A DNA stretch of 64,000 nt from an uncultured Alphaproteobacteria bacterium (GTDB lineage: Bacteria > Pseudomonadota > Alphaproteobacteria > Rs-D84): the NCBI GenBank assembly GCA_949156565.1, contig CASCZI010000007.1, positions 10,311 through 74,310 on the forward strand. Reading direction: 5' to 3'. Numbering within the stretch: position 1 is the stretch's first letter; each line of letters starts with the position of its first letter. Below, one piece after another: positions 19,230 through 28,313 of the stretch. The notes beneath the pieces were generated by a model that was given only the letters and a program-made list of their open reading frames with translations, had not been told where the DNA came from and did no database searches. The position numbers were made by a program, and so were the translations under genes.

Positions 19230-21419
19230 ATGAGAAAAAATATGGCCATTTACTTAAATGCATATCCACTTTTATTGAATATTACGCGACCGATTAAAGC
19301 CGCTTGTATAGATTATTCTGAAGAACGGTTAAAACAACTAAGAGAAACCTTCGTAAACAAGTATCTGTTTAGACGAAATGGAGGGCGCGTTTTGTGTTTT
19401 TCGCTCAACGAGAAATATGAAGACTTTGAAGACTCTTTGATAGATGTCGATTTAAGCAAAGATGATGCTGTTTTGATATTTTTAATAAAAAATGCATTTA
19501 AACGTTTAATAGATAACGCTAAAAGCAGTCAATCTTTTGGGTTTAATCCAATTCAGCTTCTAGGCAGCAAACCAATAAAAGGTATAGCAGTTGGTAGTGA
19601 ATTTCCTTTTTCTGTTGTACCTAAATATGAATTTGATATAAAGAAAATTGGACAACATCTTTGTCTGGTTTGTGATAATTCAGCAAAGTTTAGTACCAAT
19701 CAAAAAGCAGATTACTTTTATGAACGGGGGCTAGATTTAATCGGAAAATCTATTTATGACGAGATAAAGACTGGCGTTCGACAGAAGATAGGGAAAATAG
19801 TATCTGTAGCTGATAATGTGGCAAGATATGAAAATAATATTTCAGTAATAAAAACAGTGAATTTAAAAGATGTCTTTATAGATACAAGTAACAATACTGT
19901 TTCCGAATTTCTAAACCTTAAATACGGTACAAGAGCGGCAGCATGCAGAGAGCATCTTGTTTCGCAAATCAAATCCTACAATTCTGGGAACAGTAAAATT
20001 GCAGAAATTGAAAAAATAATGAATTTTTTTCGTAAGCAGCCGTTTAAACTTATCGAATCAATAGATGTTTCAATAGGGGATAAATTAGACGTATCGAATT
20101 TTGTTAAGGTTTTGGACAAACCTCAATTTTTATTTGGACAAAATAATGTATCTGATTGGCCAGATAAAGGAATTAAGCAATTTGGACCCTATACAAAAAG
20201 CACTTTTGATAGAAATTATCCCTCTATTTGTGTAATTTGTTCTCAATCACATCAGGGGGCAGTGGAACAGTTTGTACAAAAATTCTTGCATGGATTAAAG
20301 GGACATAAAGTTTATGATAAAGGATTCGAAGATAGATTTTGCGTAGGCTGTTGTAAAGTAAAAACATATACTTTCGCTAATGAAACACCAGAAAGCTATA
20401 AAAAAGCAATAGACCAAGCAATAGCAGATAAGGTAGAAGAAGGAGCTAAATGGGATTTGGCTCTAGTTCAGTTGTACGGAAATTTTAAAAACCTAAAGGG
20501 CAACAGTAACCCCTATTTTATAGCAAAATCTAAATTAATAGCACAAGAAATACCCGTACAAGGATTTTTGATCGATTTGTTAAAGACTCCAGACTACAAC
20601 TTAGGGTATTCTTTAAACAATTTGGCATTAGCTACATATGCAAAAATGGGTGGAAGCCCGTGGTTACTAAGATCTTCAGAAACAGTTGCGCATGAAATAG
20701 TTGTTGGGATAGGAAGTGCCAATATTTATGATGATGGGCGAGTTATGGGTATCACCACGGTTTTTACGGGTGATGGGAGATATATCATTTCAAATAAATC
20801 TAAAGCTGTTATTCCGGAAAACTATAGAGATGAGCTAGGAAAAACATTACATGATACAATATTAAAGTTGAGGGGTAGACTTAATTTTATGGATGGAGAT
20901 ACAATCAGAATAATATTCCATTCAACAGTAAAGAAGTTCAATAAATATGAAATAGATGCTGTAAGAAATGTGATAAATGATTTTAGACAATATAAGATCG
21001 AATATGCATTTGTAAAAATATCCCAAAATCATTTGTTGGAATTATTTGATACAAGTAAAGAATTTGTCTCTAAGGGGAAATATAGTCCAACAAGGGGGCA
21101 AATAATTCATATTTCCGATATAGAAACGATGTTATGTTTAAAAGGTGGAGAACAGCTAAAGACTTCTAATAGTGGACATCCAAAATGTATATTAGTTAGT
21201 TTGCATCCAGATTCAACGTTTAGGGATATTGCGTATTTATCGCGGCAAATATATAATTTTTCATTCCAGTCTTGGAGAAGCTATTTCCCGTCATCTTTAC
21301 CTGTTACAATATTATATTCAGATTTAATTGCTTTCTATTTGGGGGTGTTTAAATCAATTCCGACATGGGATGAGGGTTATATTAACAATAGAGCAGGAAC
21401 TGCAAAATGGTTTTTATGA
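19230..21419 (+). CDS. Long-B prokaryotic Argonaute (RsAgo-like, PIWI lacking the DEDX tetrad)
   Basis: MID motif PYFIAK...PVQ...NLALATYAKMGG; PIWI VVGIG (no catalytic Asp), GITTVFTGDG, SLHPDSTF, SWRS..P...PVTILYS; C-terminal WFL as in RsAgo. The start may be ATG 19242. Confidence 0.93.
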   Translation: MRKNMAIYLNAYPLLLNITRPIKAACIDYSEERLKQLRETFVNKYLFRRNGGRVLCFSLNEKYEDFEDSLIDVDLSKDDAVLIFLIKNAFKRLIDNAKSSQSFGFNPIQLLGSKPIKGIAVGSEFPFSVVPKYEFDIKKIGQHLCLVCDNSAKFSTNQKADYFYERGLDLIGKSIYDEIKTGVRQKIGKIVSVADNVARYENNISVIKTVNLKDVFIDTSNNTVSEFLNLKYGTRAAACREHLVSQIKSYNSGNSKIAEIEKIMNFFRKQPFKLIESIDVSIGDKLDVSNFVKVLDKPQFLFGQNNVSDWPDKGIKQFGPYTKSTFDRNYPSICVICSQSHQGAVEQFVQKFLHGLKGHKVYDKGFEDRFCVGCCKVKTYTFANETPESYKKAIDQAIADKVEEGAKWDLALVQLYGNFKNLKGNSNPYFIAKSKLIAQEIPVQGFLIDLLKTPDYNLGYSLNNLALATYAKMGGSPWLLRSSETVAHEIVVGIGSANIYDDGRVMGITTVFTGDGRYIISNKSKAVIPENYRDELGKTLHDTILKLRGRLNFMDGDTIRIIFHSTVKKFNKYEIDAVRNVINDFRQYKIEYAFVKISQNHLLELFDTSKEFVSKGKYSPTRGQIIHISDIETMLCLKGGEQLKTSNSGHPKCILVSLHPDSTFRDIAYLSRQIYNFSFQSWRSYFPSSLPVTILYSDLIAFYLGVFKSIPTWDEGYINNRAGTAKWFL

Positions 21420-22534
21420 AGGAACACCAAAATATTTACGAATTACGTGAATATCTACTGCATAGAGCAAAGACTTTAGAAAATAATGGAGATATCAAAC
21501 AAGCTGTATTAGCTTATATGGGGCTTAGCGAGGGTGTTGATGCTGCTTTTGGGGCAGAAACAACGGAAGTAGCAGTTAACGGATTCCTTGGTAAAGCACG
21601 AAAGGAACAAATAGATAAAATTATAGGGATGGCACATGAACTAGACGGAGTGCCGATGCCGTGGAAATCCGACATTTGGGTTATGTTGGGTCTGAAATTA
21701 GCTGTCTTAACTATTAATGATAAGTTTATTTCTGATAGATTTATAATATGGGCGAAAGAAGGAATAAAAAGCCAGTTAGAAGGTAAGAGGTATTCAAAAA
21801 TAGAACGGTCAATCGCACATTTTGTAATTAACGAACTTAATCCGAATGATCCTTCTGAGTCAAGTATAGCGATATTATTTTTTTATTATAAGAAACTAAT
21901 TACTGATATAAATGATTCAAGTGTCAAATTTTGGCAAGAGTTTAGAACTTTACAAGATTCAGTAGCGCCATTAGAGTTAGCTATGGCAGTATATGTATTT
22001 GATTCTATGAATGAAACGGCAGCAATTGTTCCCATTCAAGAATGGAAAAGTGAAGATTTATATACCTATTTAAAACGTATTCCTCATGGATTAAATTGTT
22101 GGACTTGGGAAGATACAGAAAGAAAGCGTGGAGACGAGCCGGTCAAATGGTATATAGGCAATGAATATCATGTACAAAATCTCTTAGCAGTTTTATTGAT
22201 GCCGATATTCTCTAAATTGAATAAGGAATTGAACATAGGTCAAGTAGGACATAAGAATCCGAGGGCTGATTTATTTGTGCCGGAATTAAATACAATAATT
22301 GAAGTGAAATACAGAAAAGATACAAAAAAACGTTTTTCTCAGTTTACGGATGAGTTGGCCGCTGATAGAAGTTTATATAAAGCAAAAGGAAGTGGTTACG
22401 AAAATTCAAAACTGATAGCTTTTTTATGGGATTCAGCTGCAACCACAGAAGAATATGAAAAATTTAGGCAAGGAATATTAAAAATGGATTATGATGAGTG
22501 CATAATAATTCCTGCCCCATCATTTATGCGTTAA
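21407..22534 (+). CDS. Argonaute-associated PD-(D/E)xK nuclease effector (bAgaN-like)
   Basis: NEYHVQNLL...RADLFVPELNTIIEVKY nuclease core; ATGA overlap with the pAgo stop (ATG 21416). Confidence 0.8.
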   Translation: MVFMKEHQNIYELREYLLHRAKTLENNGDIKQAVLAYMGLSEGVDAAFGAETTEVAVNGFLGKARKEQIDKIIGMAHELDGVPMPWKSDIWVMLGLKLAVLTINDKFISDRFIIWAKEGIKSQLEGKRYSKIERSIAHFVINELNPNDPSESSIAILFFYYKKLITDINDSSVKFWQEFRTLQDSVAPLELAMAVYVFDSMNETAAIVPIQEWKSEDLYTYLKRIPHGLNCWTWEDTERKRGDEPVKWYIGNEYHVQNLLAVLLMPIFSKLNKELNIGQVGHKNPRADLFVPELNTIIEVKYRKDTKKRFSQFTDELAADRSLYKAKGSGYENSKLIAFLWDSAATTEEYEKFRQGILKMDYDECIIIPAPSFMR

Positions 22535-22560
22535 TATATTCATGAAATAGGCAATATTTA

Positions 22561-22677
22561 TTCCCTGTTATTTGTTTAGGGAATTTTTATGGCGACTCGG
22601 CAATATCCGCCGTTGTCGTGGTGTGAAATCTGGCGATTGGGGGCTCAAAATTCAAAATTTCCCTGTAAATTCCCTGT
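22561..22677. repeat. TTCCCTGT motif repeats near the island right end
   Basis: TTCCCTGT at 22561, 22659 and 22670, plus inverted AGGGAA at 22578; candidate recombinase-binding sites. Confidence 0.45.
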
Positions 22678-23037
22678 TGTTGTATGCAATTGACCGTAGA
22701 ATTATCTACCTCCGCCAGGATATTATATCCATATTTTACTCTATTTAGGTTCATTATACGGTTTTAATCTTAAAAATTGCGAATTCGTTTATACGACATC
22801 GGCCAGTATCCGATTCCAATTTGCGGCCAATTTTGGAATGTCTGCGCTATATTTGGTTTCGTCACAATTGCCCCACCATGCACGTATCATCAAAAATCTC
22901 ATGCCGTTTTATATTGATTTTTACGTGTTTTTGTGATAATATATTAAATACAAGAAATGAACAAAGGTGGCAAATGCCGCCATTATTTATTTTCCCGCAC
23001 CGCGGGATTTTTTATTACATCAAAAGAAGGAACAAAA

Positions 23038-24208
23038 ATGATAAAAACCCCACAATTTTTACAGCGTCTGATGTCATCACCCAAATATATGGATAAAAAC
23101 AGTGATACCTATGCCATGGTGGAACGGTATTTGAAATGCTCTATCCCGGGGAAATTATGCCGACGCAACAGGTCGGATGGTACCACCAGAATATGATATG
23201 ACCATAGATGAATTTTATGCCGCACAACAAGAATTAGATAAAGATTTGGAAAAAGCCAAACAAGATCAAATCAACGAAATTGAAGAGGGGTCCGGCATAA
23301 AAGTAGATGAAAATTCGCTGGATCAATATGTCGAAGTTATCGATTTGATTCATGTGCGCGTCCTGATGCATGATGGCAGTATAGAGGATAAAGACTTGAT
23401 GGTATATTCCCTGGATATGCCCGAAGGCGATAATGCGGATGACAACGATTCCGACCATAGAGCGCGAAAAGTCTGGGTCTGGCACAGTGAAATTGGCGAA
23501 AACACATGTGACGATTGTGCGGCGCGCGATGGCGAAATATATGAAAGCGAAGATGACATCCCCGAGATACCGGTTCATCCTAATTGCCGCTGTACCAAAA
23601 CCGAGGATGTAATCGCCCCCGATGGTCGCATAATCAGCAGTAAACCGTATTCGTCAAAAGTAAAACAAGGAAAAAATGAAGTTGAAAAGGATGTCAAAAA
23701 TATGAAAATGAGTGACAAAGGAATAAATTGGTTAAAACGCAAAGAGGGTAAAGTTCTTGATAAAAACGGGAATCATATTGTGTATGATGATCAGACTAAA
23801 AAACGCGTATCGGATGGTACACCACTGCCACCGGGAGCAACGATTGGTTATGGACACCTAATAAAGCCTGGTGAAGATTTTCGTGGCGGTATAACGGAGG
23901 CTCAGGCAATAGAATTGCTGCATTCTGATATTGCCGCGGCTGAACGTGCTGTGTGTAATAATATTACAGTGCCAATAACACAAAATCAGTATGATGCATT
24001 AGTATCTTTTGCCTATAATATAGGCATAGAGGCATTTGCAAATTCTACGGCTGTGAAATATATAAACAACCCAGATTTTATAAGTTCCAAGTATCCATCG
24101 TTGGAATCTGCATGGCGTGCATGGAATAAAACCCAGGGCACAGTATCGAACGGATTGATTAACAGACGAAATGCCGAATGGAATATGTACAACAATGGAA
24201 CATATTAA
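23038..24208 (+). CDS. MuF-like (CxxC...HPNCRC) protein fused to a C-terminal GH24 lysozyme; apparently frameshifted near the 5' end
   Basis: Main ORF 23177..24208: TCDDCAARDG, PVHPNCRC, then KEG...TIGYGH...QYDALVSFAYNIG...GLINRR. The upstream frame from ATG 23038 (AAGGAA RBS) joins via two shifts. Confidence 0.8.
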
Positions 24209-24249
24209 ATAAGTATTTACTTTGCGTTATTTGTGATATATTACAGGAA

Positions 24250-24639
24250 ATGAAAAAATATTTGTTCGCTTTGCTGTTAATGATTGGTTGTGCGCCCACA
24301 CATGGTCAATCGTGCGAATATTGCGGTGAATGGTTGTACGCAAGGTTTGAGTACGCCAATCATATAACCGCAGATTGTCAGGATTTAGCCAACGATTATA
24401 AGAATGTCGGCATAACCATCGGGGAAAACTTTTTTAATCAGACAAATTCTATAGATAATATACCAAAACAAATAAGTGATGTTGATATTGTTAAAGTTCC
24501 TGCGGATACATATGAAAATTCACCTGTTATTTTGATATCGAAAGACAATAAAATAGTACAAAAGTTATATATAGCTGCGCCTGACATGATTTATATATAC
24601 TTGGATGGTTGCCGTTTTTATTTTAATCGTGAAAAATAG
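24250..24639 (+). CDS. Lipoprotein, putative lysozyme immunity protein
   Basis: MKKYLFALLLMIGC lipobox; immediately downstream of the lysozyme toxin. Confidence 0.6.
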   Translation: MKKYLFALLLMIGCAPTHGQSCEYCGEWLYARFEYANHITADCQDLANDYKNVGITIGENFFNQTNSIDNIPKQISDVDIVKVPADTYENSPVILISKDNKIVQKLYIAAPDMIYIYLDGCRFYFNREK

Positions 24640-24832
24640 ATATTTTATTATATCTCGTGTATGGCTAGAGCCATCAAAAGAAACCAATACATATGGTCGT
24701 GATAGATTTAGTATTCATGGGGGATGGTTTTCAGGTTCAGCTGGATGTATCGATTTAACATCACAGATTGATAATTTTGTTGCGCTATTTGGTTTTATAG
24801 GTAAAGATTTAATTGTGAACGTGCAGTACTAA
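24605..24832 (+). pseudogene. Orphan C-terminal Tlde1/DUF2778-like toxin fragment
   Basis: YGRDRFSIHGG...SAGCIDL (HxxxxxxSxGC L,D-transpeptidase-like motif); no good start codon or RBS. Confidence 0.6.
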
Positions 24833-24839
24833 AAATGGA

Positions 24840-25172
24840 TTGACCATGAAATCAAACAAACATGTCGTTATGTATTGGAGCGCGGTTTTGATGGCGGGTT
24901 TGTTTTACATGTTTTTGGATGATTTGGCCTGGTTCGGTCGTATCGGAAAACACGAAGATATTTGGTGGCGTGCATGTTATCATCTATCTGGAAACCAGCA
25001 ACTGGTTTGTATGGCTAATTACGACATCCTGATTATATATGTACTATTGGGAGTGCTGATGTATTTGGGTTATAAGCTTGTTCCGGTTTATAAGAAAGAA
25101 GTATTTCTTATCCCACTTTGGGGAATATTGGTCAATATAGGTTGTTTTATAACGCTACATACGTTTATATAG
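24840..25172 (+). CDS. Small multi-pass membrane protein, possible immunity protein
   Basis: Three hydrophobic segments; follows the orphan toxin tip. Confidence 0.6.
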   Translation: MTMKSNKHVVMYWSAVLMAGLFYMFLDDLAWFGRIGKHEDIWWRACYHLSGNQQLVCMANYDILIIYVLLGVLMYLGYKLVPVYKKEVFLIPLWGILVNIGCFITLHTFI

Positions 25173-25182
25173 ATAATTGGGA

Positions 25183-25608
25183 TTACAAATGCACAATCTC
25201 AATATCGGTAAAGTGGTCGACGATGTGTTCGGCCGCCAGGCGGCGGTGGCATTGGGCGGCTGATTTTTCCGTGCATAGCAAACAGATGCGGTCAAACGTG
25301 GCCGGGTCGATCCCATCGGTCGGGTGGCGCGTGGCCAATAATTCGCGATACATTCGTTCATAATCGGGCCAGGTTATGCGACCGTCTTTGTAAGCGGCCA
25401 AGATTTCTGCTGTTGGGGCAAATTCGGGGTGGTATTCATATCGTGGCCCCAGGGTTGCGGCCAAATTGTCGCCACTATAAAATGGCACATATGTGCTGGT
25501 GCGCCAAAGCCGAATGTCCCACACGGTACGCACGCGCACGGCGTCTAACACATCCATGAACGCATCCGGATTTTTACCGCTGAAACCAATCGTAAATATC
25601 TTTGGCAT
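25183..25608 (-). CDS. DUF488 family protein
   Basis: IFTIGFSGK, VWDIRL, ICLLCTE, CHRRLAAE. Confidence 0.85.
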   Translation of the reverse strand: MPKIFTIGFSGKNPDAFMDVLDAVRVRTVWDIRLWRTSTYVPFYSGDNLAATLGPRYEYHPEFAPTAEILAAYKDGRITWPDYERMYRELLATRHPTDGIDPATFDRICLLCTEKSAAQCHRRLAAEHIVDHFTDIEIVHL

Positions 25609-25728
25609 ATCATCATGATGCCGAAAACCATGCCGATAATCAACCATCAATCATGTTTATAATAATGGATCGTATTTATTTTCTTGGTTATTTTATGGGT
25701 GATTATGATGAATAAATCACCCGGATTT

Positions 25729-26199
25729 TTATCGGCCACGGACCATACGGGCCTTTTCACGATCCCATTCCCGCCGCTTGATCGTTTCACGTTTATCGGC
25801 ACGATTTTTACCATGCCCAATACCCAATAATACCTTTAACCGCCCCCGTTGATTAAAGTAAAATTTCAATGGCACGATGGTTGCACCCTTTTCCACCAAA
25901 CGCCCCATCAAGCGATTCATTTGCGCCCGATGCAACAGCAATTGACGCGGACGACGTTCATCAAAATTCACATAACGGGCGGCGGTCGGCAATCGTTGAA
26001 TAACAACCCCCGCCAGATACAGATCATCCCCACGTTTTTGTGCAAATCCATCGGTGATATTCACCATACCATATCGAATTGACTTGATTTCGGCGCCGGT
26101 TAATGCAATTCCCGCCTCTATCGTATCTTCTATAACATAATTGAACCGCGCTTTGCGGTTTTCACATACCTGGCCTGATTTAATAAGTTGTCGTGTCAT
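25729..26199 (-). CDS. smpB: SsrA-binding protein
   Basis: NRKARFNY, EAGIALTGAEIKSIR, RQLLLHR, GKNRADKRETIKRREWDRE. Confidence 0.95.
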   Translation of the reverse strand: MTRQLIKSGQVCENRKARFNYVIEDTIEAGIALTGAEIKSIRYGMVNITDGFAQKRGDDLYLAGVVIQRLPTAARYVNFDERRPRQLLLHRAQMNRLMGRLVEKGATIVPLKFYFNQRGRLKVLLGIGHGKNRADKRETIKRREWDREKARMVRGR

Positions 26200-26260
26200 A
26201 CGCCCATTGTAACGCATTGGTTAAAAAAATGCAAAAAAAATCCCGCCATGCGGGATTTAT

Positions 26261-26593
26261 TTAAAATGTCATTAATGTCACCTGGCCCGGGTTGTTTTCA
26301 GATGGACGCTTTTTAAAGAAATACCACATGGCGCCCAAAAATACCGCCCCAACACCCACAGAAATTAAAACCACCTTGGTATGATTGCTATTTTTTGCAT
26401 GTTTTTTCCCACTGCACGTTTGGGCATAAATGGGATTCCCATCCGAAAACGTTCCACATTGAACCCATTGACTGGGGACTTCATTACATTGGGAAATACC
26501 CGAATGGGACGTTGGTCCCTGACACCAATGGGCACGCGCAGGCCCACCCAAGGCCACCACAAAAACCAATATAACGATAAATTTGTGAAACAT
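26261..26593 (-). CDS. Small exported protein with a C-terminal membrane anchor
   Basis: Signal peptide, four Cys residues, C-terminal TM helix followed by KKR. Confidence 0.6.
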   Translation of the reverse strand: MFHKFIVILVFVVALGGPARAHWCQGPTSHSGISQCNEVPSQWVQCGTFSDGNPIYAQTCSGKKHAKNSNHTKVVLISVGVGAVFLGAMWYFFKKRPSENNPGQVTLMTF

Positions 26594-26655
26594 GTTTCCC
26601 CCGTTTTTTATCTTGACTTTTATCCTAGCAAGGGGATCAAACAATATCAATCAAT

Positions 26656-27423
26656 TTATTTTTCCAAATTCATTTTTGGATAAAGCGCACACGTATTCTT
26701 TAACAATTGATCCGTTAATGCATCAACACGCACGCCCCGTACATCCGCCAAAACGCGCACAGTATCCGCCACAAATGCCGGTTCGCAACGCGTCCCCCGA
26801 TGCGGCACCGGCGCGCAATAAGGACTGTCGGTTTCGACAACAATCCGATCCATTGGCACACGGGAAAAGGTATCCCGAATATCGGCGGCATTTTTAAAGG
26901 TGACAATCCCACTGGCCGAAATATAAAATCCACGATCCAACATTTTACGCGCAAAATCCCATGATCCCGTAAAACAATGCAAGACGCCCCCCACGTTCGA
27001 TTTTCCGATAATGGCCATTGTGTCTTCTTCGGCGTCACGGGTATGGATGGCGACCGGCAATCGTGCAACCAGGGCCATATTTAGTTGTGATTCAAACAAT
27101 TTAATTTGGGCCGCACGGTTTTCAGATCCGTAATGATAATCCAATCCAATTTCCCCCACCCCCACAACGCGTGGATGTGCCAAGATTTGCGGCGTTATAA
27201 CACGGCACGCATCAATACCCGCATATTCAGGGTGAATACCAACGGTTGCAAACATATTTTTATGCCCCGCCACCAGATTGGGCACAATGGCCACGTCACG
27301 CGGATCGGCACACGCACAAATAATACCACCCACGTCCGCATCCCATGCACGCGATAACACGTCGTCCATATCGGCAATAACATGACCGTCATCAATCAAA
27401 TGGCAATGCGTATCTATAAACAT
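26656..27423 (-). CDS. tatD: TatD-family hydrolase
   Basis: IDTHCHL, GIHP, GEIGLDY, IHTRDA, LHCF, VETDSPY. Confidence 0.93.
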   Translation of the reverse strand: MFIDTHCHLIDDGHVIADMDDVLSRAWDADVGGIICACADPRDVAIVPNLVAGHKNMFATVGIHPEYAGIDACRVITPQILAHPRVVGVGEIGLDYHYGSENRAAQIKLFESQLNMALVARLPVAIHTRDAEEDTMAIIGKSNVGGVLHCFTGSWDFARKMLDRGFYISASGIVTFKNAADIRDTFSRVPMDRIVVETDSPYCAPVPHRGTRCEPAFVADTVRVLADVRGVRVDALTDQLLKNTCALYPKMNLEK

Positions 27424-28313
27424 TTTTTAATATCATTGATTATTTTAAAAATACTGATTTCTGGTTCTAAATACAATCGGCTTATATCAGAAATGGCATG
27501 TGTTGTCCCCGGATACAGGTCCGCCAACCCAAAATACGCAATGGCATCTAATAAAATACCGTGCAAAGACGCATCCGTGGCAATTTTTTTCGCAATCGTC
27601 ATTATATCACCCGCGGTGGCGCGCGGATTCTCTAAGACCGAAATTAAATCCGCATACACCGCATCACCGCCCGATTTTTTCAGGTTGGCGATTTTACCAA
27701 AACTGCCATTTGCCAATCGCAATGTCGATGTAGTGATATCTTCGCCGGGCAAAAATTTTGCACATAATTCGCGCAACTCTGATATTGATAACGGGTGCAT
27801 TTTTTCCACACGTGACCGTGACCGAACCGTGGGCAATACATTTGATAATTGATGCACCACCAATAAAAACAATGTTTTTGCCGGGGGTTCTTCAAGTAAT
27901 TTCAAGATTGCATTTGATGCCGCCGTATTCAATTCATCAACCGCATCAATCAAAACAACCCGCCAGTCACCCGACATTGATGACATTTGCATCTTTTCAA
28001 TCATGGCCCGAACGGTATACACCGAAATGACACGCCCATCCGATTTGATGCGTCCATCTTTGTCCAGGTTGCGCGCCAAATCAATGATAAAAAAATCACC
28101 CACGTTTCCATAAACCATCCGCGCAATTTTATAGGCCAATGTTGCCTTGCCAATGCCACGTGGCCCGGCCAACATCCACACCGGATGTATCGGATGCGTA
28201 TCACGCGCCTGCCACGCGTCCATAAACGTCCGCATAACATCGGCATGACCGACCATGACGTCGTTATCCATGGGATCTGGGAATTTAAATGTTGGTGCTT
28301 TTTTCGGTGCCAT
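27414..28313 (-). CDS. holB: DNA polymerase III delta-prime subunit
   Basis: GPRGIGKATLA, VVLIDAVDELN, NAILKLLEEP, LPTVRSR. Confidence 0.88.
   Translation of the reverse strand: MAPKKAPTFKFPDPMDNDVMVGHADVMRTFMDAWQARDTHPIHPVWMLAGPRGIGKATLAYKIARMVYGNVGDFFIIDLARNLDKDGRIKSDGRVISVYTVRAMIEKMQMSSMSGDWRVVLIDAVDELNTAASNAILKLLEEPPAKTLFLLVVHQLSNVLPTVRSRSRVEKMHPLSISELRELCAKFLPGEDITTSTLRLANGSFGKIANLKKSGGDAVYADLISVLENPRATAGDIMTIAKKIATDASLHGILLDAIAYFGLADLYPGTTHAISDISRLYLEPEISIFKIINDIKKCL

Larger units (their letters stand above)
14711..22720. mobile_element. Genomic (defence) island integrated at the tRNA-Ser 3' end
   Basis: Direct repeat CTCCGCCAGGA at 14711-14721 and 22710-22720; AT-rich cargo; serine recombinase remnant; defence-type genes. 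Confidence 0.8.

Noticed and set aside
22720-23030. Short ORFs (22821..23096 and a ~37-codon minus-strand ORF) between the island end and the toxin gene
   Set aside because: No RBS, motif or compositional support.
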